Below, piece by piece: positions 23,921 to 35,900 of a stretch of 64,000 nt of DNA. The DNA is from Prorocentrum cordatum (Eukaryota). The position numbers were made by a program, and so were the translations under genes. The stretch spans positions 1-64,000 of the forward strand of contig CAUYUJ010000116.1 in assembly GCA_963575745.1 (NCBI GenBank). Direction: 5' to 3'. The notes beneath the pieces were generated by a model. It made no database searches, was not told the DNA's origin, and saw nothing but the letters and a program-made list of their open reading frames with translations. Numbering within the stretch: the first letter of the stretch is position 1; every line of letters starts with the position of its first letter.

Positions 23921-26489
23921 AACATGACCCTCTGCCTCTGAAGCTGGTCTGCCCACGAGAAAAAAAAAAGAAAAAAAAAAAAAAAAAAGGAGGGGCCAGG
24001 GCCGGCCGCGGGGCCATCACGGCCCGAGTCCCGCCCAACAGCTGCACGCCCTCCTCTCGCAGGCCTCGCCCCGGAGGAGGAGGAGGAGGAGGAGGAGGAG
24101 GAGGAGGGACACCGCCAACGAAAACTTGAACAGGGACCGACGGTCCCAGGATTCCTAGTTAGTCCTGCCACGAAGTGTTCTTCGAACCCAGAAACAAACA
24201 AAAAAAACGCTCTTGCAACATAAGCCCGACGTGCTAAAACAAGAAAGTATCAACCAGAAATGTTCTAAGACTATTTCGTGCCCGTGAACCCACCCGCCAT
24301 CCGGGCGTACGCGGTGGAGTGTCAAAGCCCTTCCGCCCCCCATCTTTCCAATTCGGGGGGACGGCCACCACTGCTCCTTGATAATAAACACCCTCTCCAA
24401 CAATGGACAGGCCGGCAGCCAAGACCCGTGCCAGCACTGAGGAGGGGGAGGGGGGAGGGGGAGGGACGGGGGGTGGGAGAAGGGGGAGGGGGGAAGGGGA
24501 AGGATGTGGGGGAGAGGGGTGGGGGGAAAGGGGTGGGGGAAGAGAGGGGTAAATGGCAAGCCATGTGCGCTCACGCCATATCCGACATCCTACCCCTCCC
24601 ACTCATCCCTTCCCATTGCGCTGGTTTGTCTCTATCCGGCGATGGCTGTCATAGCGGACATGGAACCCCCAAGATAACCGCACCTCTTCGTGTGGAACCA
24701 GAACCGGGGAGATGTGTACATTGGAAGGAGAAGCGGAGGTGGCGGATGAGCATGAGGATGAGCAGGAAGATGAGGATGAGGAAGGAGTAGGAGGAACAGA
24801 AACAGCAGAAGCAAGAACACGACGAGCACCAGGAACGGAAGGACCACGGGAAGGCGGAGGAGATAGGAGGGGGGCGATAACCTCGATGAAAGACTCTGAT
24901 CCAGAAATGTTTCCCCGCCGAGTAGACAACGCCATTCTGAACGACGGGGGGACAAGGGTGATCCTGAAGAGAGGCCACGCCTGCGACGGGAACACCCGTT
25001 CCAAAACCGAACGGAAGAACAACGCCTCGATCGAACCGCACCACGAATTCAATCGTTGGCTGAATACTGATCCGTGACTGTACGGTATGCGGGACAACAA
25101 AGTGCTCCCGTCCAGGCAGAGCATCTGGGAACATATGACTGCAGCGGATATCCATATGCATCTACATTTGTACACACATGTATACAGATTCGCATCTGGA
25201 ATAACAGCTGGGGAGAGGGCGATGGGAGGAAGGGTGGGAGAGGGCGGGGGAGAGGATGGCGGGCGGGAGGATGGCTGGGCGGGGGGGGATGGGGGGAGGG
25301 ATGGAGTTGGGAGGCGGGGAGGCACGGCCGAGGGGGGAGATTCTGGAGGGACAGAGGGAGGAATGGGGAGAGGGCGGGAGGGGCGGGAAGGGGATGGTTC
25401 GGGGATGGACAGACCCCCCTTTAGTAAAACGTGGTTTAGTGAAAACGACCTGAGGTCCAAACCTGGCGGGCGCAAGCCTGGAAAATAACGGTCACGGCGC
25501 CCTCTCGAGAACCGAAAACGAACACTTCACTAATCGACGTGTCACTGTTGGGGGTTCTGTCCACCCCCGAAAGGTGGTGGGGGGGGGATGGCGGGGGCGG
25601 GGGGGGGGGGGATGGAGTGGGGAGGCGGGAAGGCACGGTCGAGGGTTGGAGGGCGGTCATACACACGAGAGAAGCAAAGCATGTATCCTCAGGGCGCAGG
25701 GAGCAAGGACCCCACATGGCGTGGGGGGGCTGGGGAGGGGGGGGATGGTGAGGGGAGAGGGCACGGTATAGGGGGGGGGGTCGGCAAGAACAACTCAAGG
25801 AAGAGAACATTTTCCGACAGGATGCAGAGAACAGGATCCTCCAGTCTAAGGCTGGGCGGGTTCAACCTACCCAGCTAGTCGCGGTCCTATGCGCACATCA
25901 GCTATCGCGGCACAGGAGGCCCACAGGAGAGGGGGTTGAGAAGAAGGGGAAAGCGAGGGGAGGGAGATGAAGACGGGGAGTGGTAAGGTCGCGGAGGGAG
26001 AGCGGGGATGGAGCACGAGATCACGAGCGCGAAACCACAGAGCCCCAGACTACCACCTGTCTCAGAGAAGGCACGACGGTCTAAGGAAATGGGGATACAG
26101 CATCAGAGTTTCTCCTCACTTTCTCAGAGTGGTGGAGCCTCTAGAAATGTGGCTTCCTAGCTTTCCACGTGCGCGCGGGCACCACTTCTTCTCGACGCCG
26201 GCGCACGTCAGCAGAAGCGAGATCGGGACACTCAAAGGTTCGGGGTCCTCTTTGGGGTCCCACATCTGGACGGAACAGCCGCGTCCACCAAAAACGCCAA
26301 CCGCAACATCCCCAAGTGAGCGTTTTTCCCTACCTAGGCTCTGCCTAGAAGGGTTCTTACTCGGTTTGCTTACAAGGGCCGGGCAGTGCTACGCGCCCCG
26401 GGCGGTTCCCCCGGTCCCCTGGGAGCAAGCAAAAAGAACAGCAAAGGTAAAAACAAACGCGCGGTTCCCCCAGTGGCGCTCTCTGGGTG

Positions 26490-27083
26490 CCAAGCAAAAG
26501 CAAAAGCAAAGGCAAAAGTGAAGGCAAAAGCGAAGGCAATGCAAAAGCATAGCATAGCATAGCATAGCGCAGCAGAGCATAGCGCAGCATAGCATAGCAT
26601 AACCTAGCATAGCCTAGCCTGGCCGGGCCTAGCCCAGCATAGCATGCTATGCTATGCGAAAGGCAAAAGCAAAGGCAAGAGCAAAAGCAAAGGCAACGCA
26701 AAGCAAAAGCAAAACCAATGCGAAGTTGTAGATGTAGATGTAGATGTAGATGTAGATGTAGATGTAGGTGTAGGTGTAGTTGTGGATGTAGGTGTATATG
26801 TAGATGTAGATGTAGGTGTAGATGTAGATGTAGATGTGAGTCTCGCTGTTGATGTAGATGTAGATGTAGATGCAGGTGTAGATGTAGATGTAGCTGTGAT
26901 GTATATGTAGGTCTAGATGTAGATGTAGGTGTCGATGTATATGTAGATGTAGATATAGATGTAAAGAACTCCCCAGTGCCCCGCCCTCATCTCCGTGCCG
27001 GCTTGTTTTTGCTGCTGTCTCGGCGGCTTGCTGCCTGCTTCTGCTGCTGCTTCACTTACGGCGTGGCGTCGGCGGTTCTGGCG

Positions 27084-27115
<32 letters not shown>

Positions 27116-27128
27116 GCTACTACTACTG

Positions 27129-27171
<43 letters not shown>

Positions 27172-27174
27172 AAT

Positions 27175-27258
<84 letters not shown>

Positions 27259-27292
27259 CGCTACTGCTACAACTACAACTACAACTACGACG
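26490..27292. repeat. Adjacent microsatellites: (GCAAAA)n, (GCATA)n, (GATGTA)n, (CTA)n
   Basis: Direct reading. Confidence 0.95.
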
Positions 27293-29613
27293 ATGAGGAG
27301 AAGGAGGAGGACGGCGTTTACCGCTCCTACTAATGTTGCTTTCCTAGAGGCTCCAACTCCTAGGTAGGGTCGCACTGGGATAATCTTATTCAGCATTTCG
27401 ACATTGAGCGAAGAGGGGGAGGAGGGGGGGGGTCTGGTTCCGGACCTCTGCTTAGTGCGACTGTTTGCAGCAGTGCCTCCTGTGAGGAAGGCTCCACCTG
27501 CTCGAAACAGGCGCCGAAAACAGCCAAGATCTACTCCATGGGAGGGGGGGAAGGGGGGTTGAGAGGGCCTGCGCCGATCGGCAAAACAACGAGTAAAAAA
27601 ACGATCACCAGTAAGATGATGGAAACCAACCGCTGCTTCGGCCAGCGCCCTCAAAGCGCACGAGGCGCCCACGAGGCGCCACACGGCCGTGCACCGAGCG
27701 AACAAATCCAGGGACTACCGGAGATCCGCGCGGAGCCCCGAGAAGGTACAGACTGACCCAGACCACCCCAACCCAACCCGAAGACCCGAATTTCGGGTTG
27801 GGGAGGGTACGGGTTCCATTTGTATTTTCTCAATTTTCCCCGACACCCCCCCCCACTGGAAATGGAAGGCACATTGAGGCCTTCGGGCTAGGTTGGGGTG
27901 GACAAACGAACATCCTTGAAAAACACGGGTCCCTCCGCCGGCCCGACTCGAAGAACCTTCGAGAGTACCCTCCCCCGGGATGCATAAGAACCCCTGGCAG
28001 GCACGAAGAACAGCAGGGTACCCTCTCCGAACTGACCTCGATTTTACACCTCGGCCCGACTGTTTGTCTATGTCTATGCATGTTTTGCCCCTCGCCTGAT
28101 GCCACTGCCACAGCTGCACGCTGGACCTCCAATGCCCATGCGGGGGGGGGGGGGCCTCTTGGGCCCTCGCTCCGAGCGACGGCCTGGCATCTGGACACAA
28201 CCGAGGCGTCCTGCCCGCTCGATCATCTGGCACAGGCGGGGAGGGACGAGGAGGCTAAAAGGGGGAGGCTGGGAAGCCGATGAAGAGGCTAAGCTGGATG
28301 AGGACAAACGTACCCAATATTGCACGCCGGTCGGAAGAAGTACGTAAAAACACGAGGCAGGAAGGCGGATGAAGAAGGTTAGGCTCAGGCCCTCCCAGAG
28401 GATAACAGAACGCAGCACACTCATACCGATTATGAAAGTAGGAGGGCGCTACAAAAAGATTGGGATCTGCGGATCCAAAGATACCTTACATGTCGCTCAT
28501 TTCTACTCGTGCTCATTTCTGACTGTGCTCGTTTCTAATTGCTCCTGGCCCCCTGGTGGCCAGGAAGAGGCCCAAGATAGAACGATCAGAAATGAGAGGA
28601 TCCTGGCACCCCAAAAATCAAAGTACAAATGAACAATACCTACTTTAGAACGGGACGGGCACGGTCTGAAACGTTTGCCCGGCGTGTCGCGGCGCCCCCC
28701 CCCCCCCCAGCGCAGCGACACGCTGCGCCGCGCCCTGCGAGCGGACAGCGTGCCGCTCCGCCCCGCGGGGCGGGGGGCTCGGAGAAGCTCTGGACGTGGA
28801 CCCCTGGGGACCCGAACGTGTGAGGGGAGGCGAAGGGTTATGTGGCAATCCATGGGAGCATCTCACGCCAGCTTGCTGGCTCTTGCGAATCGGCGCTAGC
28901 GAATGCTAACCGACGCTCGTCGACGCTAAATCGACCCGAAGTCCATGCTTCCCCATCGATTACCAAACGCAGGCGCACACGAGTGCACTCTGCAAACGGA
29001 ATCTCGAGGACACACCAGGCACACAGGAGCTACCACGGAAGGGGAAGGCTAGGCGGCCGATTAAGGGACTAAGCCCGACTCAACATCAGGCCAGACCAGG
29101 CGGCAGCTGGTTTTCCCTTTTGCCTTCGGGCGCGGGAGGAGTTAACGCGCCGAGGATTATCCCCCAGCGGCGGGGCAAAAACCGGCTGCGTGCAGCTGCT
29201 TTCGTACCCCTCCCTCCTTTCTCGGTTTCCCCCACTGCGTCCTGCCCGAGGGGCGGGGGGCGGCCCGCGTAATTACGTCAGAAACCCGTGCCTGTCGCCA
29301 AACCGCCTGGCCGAGCTCGAGACCAGTAGCCTACTCGACAACGCTACACTTGCAAATTGCGTCGATCCGGCAAGTGGGGCTGGGGGAAGGGGGGAGGAAG
29401 GAGGGGGAGGAGGCAGAGGAAGAGGAGCCGCATGAGCAGCAGCACGAGCAGCAGCAGGATCAGCAGCAGGAGCAGGAGCAGGAGCAGCAGCAGGAGCAGG
29501 AGCAGGAGCAGGAGCAGCATGCAGCAGGATCAGGATGGGGGGACTGAGGCCTCGACTCGGCGCGCACGTCCGTGGCGGCAGGGCCGGACAGGGCAGGAAT
29601 ACCCACGCATGCG

Positions 29614-29673
29614 TCAGATGTCCAGGATCCTCCTGCATGCTCTGGTCGGGGTGGCCGCCTCTGTGTGGTCGTC
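29614..29673 (-). CDS. Secreted modular protein, last exon (DDHTEAATPTRACRRILDI*)
   Basis: AG acceptor, phase 0; joins ...VGGLLGE to give GGLLGEDDHTEAATP, a coherent C-terminus for the GDPH (vWD-like) domain; TGA at 29616-29614. Confidence 0.8.
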   Translation of the reverse strand, partial: DDHTEAATPTRACRRILDI

Positions 29674-30106
29674 CTCTGGACGACGCCAACCCCAGAGATC
29701 CGATGTCGTGATTGTTTCACTGCGCGGTCCCCGGAAATCTCGACGCATTCCCCAGGACCGGTTTTTCATCCTGAGCCGTTTCTTGACGGTCCCGCGGCCA
29801 GGCGAGTGCCCCTAGTGGCCGAATTTTGCGAAAGACCTCCGCCTTGTTTTTTTCAACACGTTGGATCTCTGGGACGATGCACCGACGCCGCGCCGGGCCG
29901 CGCTTCTGGCTCTTGCCGGTTCAGAGTGCCCCCCCCCCTGAGGAGGGGAGGACTGGCATAATGGGGGATGCATCGACCCGGACTCGGCGATACCTCGCCG
30001 ATAGATGAGCGAGATGTCCCTGATGGTGAGTCCGCACCTTCCTGGGCAGGTCGAGACTATCGGGCCCCCATCGTTGCATCCCCCCCTGTACCTATCCCCC
30101 CTGTGC

Positions 30107-30286
30107 TCAAGTCAGGACTGTCCCCCTACAGGGGGATCTTCGACGAAAAATTGAAAAAAAAAAAAAAAGGATCCAAAAATAGTCCAAGAATGGTGTGGGG
30201 ACTGTTTCTTAATTTGTTTTACCCTTTTGGGGCATTTGGTTATTTGTCGTCGGAAATCCCCCTGTAGGGGGACACGCCCGACATAG
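30107..30286. mobile_element. MITE family A, copy 3
   Basis: TIRs; perfect 8-bp TSD CCCTGTGC. Confidence 0.85.
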
Positions 30287-31860
30287 CCCTGTGCCTATCC
30301 CCCCCCCATCGCTGCCCTTGACCCCCCCCCCCGCTCTCGCCGCCAGTCTCGCTCGAGGCCGGGGCCGCCAGAAGGGCCCCGCCCCGCCCCGGCCCCTTCT
30401 GGGGGCCGCGGACTCCTCCTCCTCCTCCTCCTCCTCCTCCACCTCCTCCTCCTCCTCCTCCTCCTCCTCCTCTTCCTCCTCCTCCTCCACCTCCTCCTCT
30501 TCCTCCTCCTCCTGTGCCTAGATCCCCCCCATGCCTATCCCCCCCAATCGTTGCCCCTGACCCCCCCCCCCCCCCCCCGCTCTCGCCGCCAGTCTCGCCC
30601 GAGGCCGGGGCCGCCAGAAGGGCCCCGCCCCGGCCCCTCTGGGGGCCGCGGACTCCTCCTCCACTCCTCCTCCTACTCCTCCTCCACCTCCCCCTCCTCC
30701 TCCTCCTCCTCCTCCTCCTCCTCCTCCACCTCCTCCTCCTCATCCTCCTCCTCCGCCTCCTCCTCCTCCTACTTCCTGGGGTCTGCGCGTGCTGACGACG
30801 AGGGAGCCCGGCCGCAGCGCTCGGCTGCACGCTGAGGAGGGGACCCAGGCAAGGAGTGACCTTTGGTGCGCGGCTTCCTGGCCGCTACGGGCGATGCGAC
30901 ATCAGCGGCCTGCGCGCTTTGGTCTGAGGCAAATTCTCCTTCGACTCTGGCGTCTTTGCTTGCATGGAGGGGGGAGGGGGGGGGGGCGTGGTGAGGCCCG
31001 CAAGGGAATCTGGACCGGGACTCACTGGCGCACCTCTTCGGGCCAGCATTGCTTGAAAAGGCGGCAGAGGGGGGAGGGAGGGGGGGGAGGGGGAACTGCC
31101 ATGCAAGCAAACTTGCCTGGGTCTAAAGAAGCCTGCCTTTTGGTTTGTCTCCGCCTCCCCTCCGCCGCGCCCCTGGAACCAGTGCACTAGAGGTCCCTCC
31201 GGCGAAGGGCCACTCTAACGCGCAGCCCACACATCCTACCGCGGACGTAGCGGCCTCCTGGATGGGGTCAGGGTAGATGGGGTCGGAGGATCGCGTCACA
31301 TCATCGACAAATCGGCAATGCGTCGGCAACGTCGTCGATGCATCGGCGACGTCGACATGGCAACAACCGGGCCCAGCATGAAGCCGCATGGCTAATGTAC
31401 CGGCGATGCGGCGCGATCTGGGATTCCTAGCTTGAAGCATATCCCCATCCCTATGATTGGCGCCACCTGATGCCGCTGCCGATCTCGAGGATCCCGCCGT
31501 TCCTGAGGGCACATCGCCAAGATTCTCAGCGTCTTTGGCTTGCCGATCTTAGGGATAGGGATAGGTTCGAGGCTGCTTACCCAAACATGCGACGTCCTGA
31601 ATGTTTCAGGACGGCGTCCCTGGAAGTCCCGACCCTTTCCCCGGGACCGGCTTTTTATCCTGATCCGTTTCTTGACGGCCCCGAGGCCCGGCGAGGGACC
31701 CCAGGGGCCGAAAACGACCAAAAACCTGCCGTCCTGACTTTCCCGCGACGCGCTCATGTCTGGGTGGGGGAGGCCTGCGCAGCACGTCCGCCCGGGGGCA
31801 GCGGACGGGCCCAGCCGGGCGCGGCGCCGGCGCACGGCGGGCGCCCCTCCCCGAGGGGTC

Positions 31861-31935
31861 CTCCCCGAGGAGCCCGCCCACGAGGCAGCCCGCCTCCCGG
31901 AGGTTGCGGACGAAGAAGTTCAGGTAGGGTCCGCC
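31861..31935 (-). CDS. Secreted modular protein, penultimate exon (GGPYLNFFVRNLREAGCLVGGLLGE)
   Basis: High GC3; continues ...LKVVHGRTQGG from 43521; GAG|GA donor. The acceptor position is uncertain. Confidence 0.75.
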
Positions 31936-32834
31936 ACCGCGGCTGCAGCGGGTGTGGAGGGCAACCCATAATAACCGCCCCGACACGCGACGCGGTTTAC
32001 GAAACGCCCCCACTGGAGGAATCGAGCAGGGCAGGGCTGTTTCAAAAACGCCCGAGGCCGTTCAATAAACGCCGATTGTCCGGCGGTCCGGGTGGTTGTT
32101 CCTTCCTTGAGGTTGGCGTGCGTCGGGCCCTGTCGCCTTTGTCAACGCAGTCCCAGACAGGATCGCGCCGTACAGAAAGAAAACCAGGACGGAGTTGGTT
32201 GTGTTGCTGTTCTCGGCCCCGGGGGGTCTTCGCCGGGCCCCATGGGGCCGTGAAACAAAGACTCAGGACGAGAAGCCGGCCCCGGGGAACGGGTCGGGAC
32301 TTCCAGGGGCGCCGTCCCGAAAAAAAGTCAGGGCGTCGCAGGACTGGACTCGCAAGGGCCACCCGACGCAGCGAGCCCCAGATGCGCTCCTCTTGCGGAG
32401 CAAGCAGACCAGGGGAACGAACAATGACATAAACATGATAACTCGGGGGTCCGCGCGGACTTCTCGGATCGGCGCTGGGGACCCCTGGCGGCAGCGGCGT
32501 TTGTGGAGCAAGCAGAATAGGGGAACGAACAATGACATAAACATCTCGGATCGGCGCTGGGGCCCCCTGGCGGCGCCTCCAGCGCCGCCCCTGGCGTGCT
32601 CCGCGCGCCAGGGAGGGGGGGTCAGCGCGGATCCAAGAAATCTGCGCGGAACTCCGAGTTTTTATGTTCATGTCATGTTTCGTTCCCCATGCAAGAGGGC
32701 ACCCCGACACATCGAGGCCAAGATGCGCTCCTTGTTGTGACCAAGCCCCTGCGCTGCTTGCCCTCCAGGCAGAAAACGGTCCCCAATACAAAGCCTGTGA
32801 AGGGAAGTTCGGTGGCCCCTCCCCCCCCCCAAAA

Positions 32835-32917
32835 AGTGAGACGGTAGATCGTCTCTCCTGAAAGTGCCTGGACTCCGTCGATAGTTGCCATCGCCGGCAT
32901 TAGAGATGTGAAAAACA
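32835..32917 (+). repeat. 5' LTR (internally deleted), followed by a PBS-like sequence
   Basis: GTGAGACGGTAGATCGTCTCTCCTGA..GTGCCTGG.CTCCGTC and TGCCATCGCCGGCATT are shared with 43264-43437; ends in CA, then GGTAATGAGCCCA at 32920-32932. Confidence 0.7.
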
Positions 32918-35900
32918 GAGGTAATGAGCCCAACGCTTTTTGCAACAAGATCATACTAAGCTGGCGTTGGCAAAACAACAGCGAGGACCACTGCAACAAC
33001 AAGTGGACTAGTTGTGCCGCGTCTGCGGCGGCGTGGGCAATGTGTGGTGCGAAGGCTGCAGGAAGCTGACGCATGCGGAGTGCAGTTCGCTTCATGGTGG
33101 GTACTATGTGATGTGCAATGCTTGCGCAGTGGACTGGTACAACATGACCGGCCAATGGCTGACGCCGAACGACCAGGAGGTCTTGCGAGGAAGGGCTCAA
33201 GAGCGTCTTCGGCAGATACATGGAGTTGCCCTCAGAGCTGGCGTCCTCACGGCGGCGCCTGAACAAGCGGCCCGGATGATGCTCGGAAGCGCCGCGGCTA
33301 GGGCGGCGAGGTCGGCGACAGCGTTGGCTGGCGGCATCTCGCAAGGAGACCGGGCGGTGTGGCAGTCGGGCCGACAACGCCCGGCAGCACCGTTAAGGAC
33401 AGAAGGGATGCCTGCTCCGAACGCTGAACAGTACCAAGAATGTGACAGTGCAGGCGCTGTTCACCATGGTTGCGGTCTGACGTTGGAGACTGAGAACGAA
33501 GACCTCAATAGAAGATTGGCGGAGATGCAGGAGGAGCTCATCCGTGCCCAGGCGCAGGTGGCGTCCACCTACGGGCTCGCGCAGGACACTGCAGATGATC
33601 AGGGTGGAGAGGCTGCGGATGGATATGCTGGACAGGAGGAGGCTGCAGCAGAGCCAGGACTCGATCTCGAAGAAGCCCCGTTTCCAGATCATAGCAGCTG
33701 TGACCAGGGGCGTGAGGGCAGGCTCCGAGAAGAATCTGAGCTGATAGACGAGGGGCCTCAGTTGGAGCCGAAGGGAAAGGGTACATGGGGTATGTCACTG
33801 CAGGGTACGAGTAAGGATGAGGTCATCAAAATGATCATGGCGGGCGACCAACAAAAACCTACCCATTTCGGTCAGAAGAGTGTCGTCTTCGGCGGCGGCG
33901 CAAATTCAGCAGCCCATGCGTGTGCCGCCTCCGCCGACGCATTTTTTCGGGCAGAGCCCTTCGAGGGCGCCGCCACCGGCGTCGCACTTCATGGGCTCGG
34001 GCTTGGTGGAGAGGGGCATGGACGAGCTCACCGTGGATGGCCTGAGGAAGATGATGCTGCCGAAGCTCACGTTCACGAAGCAGAAGAACCGTGCGCAGAT
34101 GTTCAGGGATTGGCAGCGGCAGGTCACCGTCGAGCTGGACAGCGTGGGCTCCGTGGTTAGCGAGTCCTGGGCTGCCACGGTGGACCTCGTGGAGCAAACA
34201 CACGCGCAGTACGTTCTGCCGGGGGTCGCAGAGAGGACTTCCTTCAGGATCAAAACGCACGCTAGGGAGGATCTGAAGCAGTCGGGCCTGAAAATGACGC
34301 CCCTTCTTATTGCAGCTGTACCAACATATTCGCAGGAGCAGCTGCTTGCAAAAGGGACTCCCACGACCGCGCAGATATGATTTGAGGATTGTATCGAAAG
34401 CGATCCAGGCGGCGTGGACGACAAGCAAATCACTATCAACAGCTCGCAGTATCCGAGAGTGGCTACATCGGCGGACGACGCATTGCGCTTGCTGCACCAG
34501 TGGAGGCAATCGTGGTCGAGAGCGGACGAGCTCCACACTGCACGGCCCGATTTCACTTTACTGTACCATGGGTTGAGGCAGATGGTGGGCCGATTGGAGA
34601 AGCAGTACCCCGAGTTTTGCTTTCGTTTGGCGACTTTCGTGAATACCAACAGCATGTCGCATTCTATCAACGTGGGCAAGGTCCTTGCCTTCTGGGAGTG
34701 GTTGTTCGGCGAGTGTCGCGAGTTAGTTAATGGGGCTGCAAGTTTCCGGGTGCCTTGAGAAGGGGGCTGCTAGCACTTGCTGTGTGCGTCGGCAAGGGAA
34801 AAACAATGATAATGAAGGGGCAAGACGAGCGACGGCGCCGGACACGCCAAGACGGCTTGCAACTTCTTCATGACGGCTAGGGGTCGCAAGCGAAGACAGT
34901 CTTGCCCGTTCAGGCACGCGGAAAGGGGGTGATTCCGGTCGGTGCTTCACGTGCGGATCCACGGAGCACCAATCGAAGGATTGCCACGCCCCGAAGAAAC
35001 GGAGGAAGGACCAGATCGCGTCGGACGCGAACAAACCCTCTGGGAGCCAGCATCCAGCGTCATCGCCACAAGTACCTTGGAAGGAAGGGCGTCTGCGGCC
35101 ACTGCCACCGGCTTCACAGGCAGCTGACAGCGCGCTCTCTACAGCGTTTCCATCGGACTCCGCGTCGGCCATCGACCTGGACGAGAGGATTCGCGCCGCT
35201 GTGGCCAGGGTGCTGAGGGACGGCGACTTCGAGGTCAACGCTCGCGTGGAACAATCATTTCGACGGCTTCTAGAGCACAGACAAAAACGGATTTCATCTT
35301 GCTCGATCAAAGACGCTGCAGCTGGGAACATCGGTGGAGGGTTTACTTCCACTGACATTTCAACTGGCAATTGGTTCGTGCCTCGGCTGGCGGCCAGACT
35401 GTTTGGGTCGAGAACATCGAAGGTTGCGCCGAGGTGAAGCCGATCATACCACTGGGAAGATACATCAAGAAATACACTTTGGAGATGAAGTGCAACATGG
35501 AAGGGGTGGTTTTGAGAAAAGCCTTGGTACTAATGGGGCCTTCGAAATCGTCCTGACAGGAGGACTGCTTTACGTGACCAGGCGCACGTATGACCAGATC
35601 CAAAAGATGTGCGAGGTCCAGGCTCGCGCGGCGAGTCTGGCGGAGCACCGTCACAATGGGCATGTACCTTACCACCCGAACTCCCCGGACTGCGTGCAGA
35701 GCGTGGGTCGCAGACAGGCGCACTATCGAGTTGATCAAGTGGCACGGTAATGAGGAATTCTGGCAGAGTTGGGCACGTCGTGCAATGTGCTGGAGGTTAC
35801 GTAGTTTTTGAGGGGAAGTGTTTCGACCGCGGCGCGAGGCGACGGTTGAGCGCGACCTGAGGCTGACGGAAGGCAGCCAGAGCGACGTCGAGCGTAAGGA

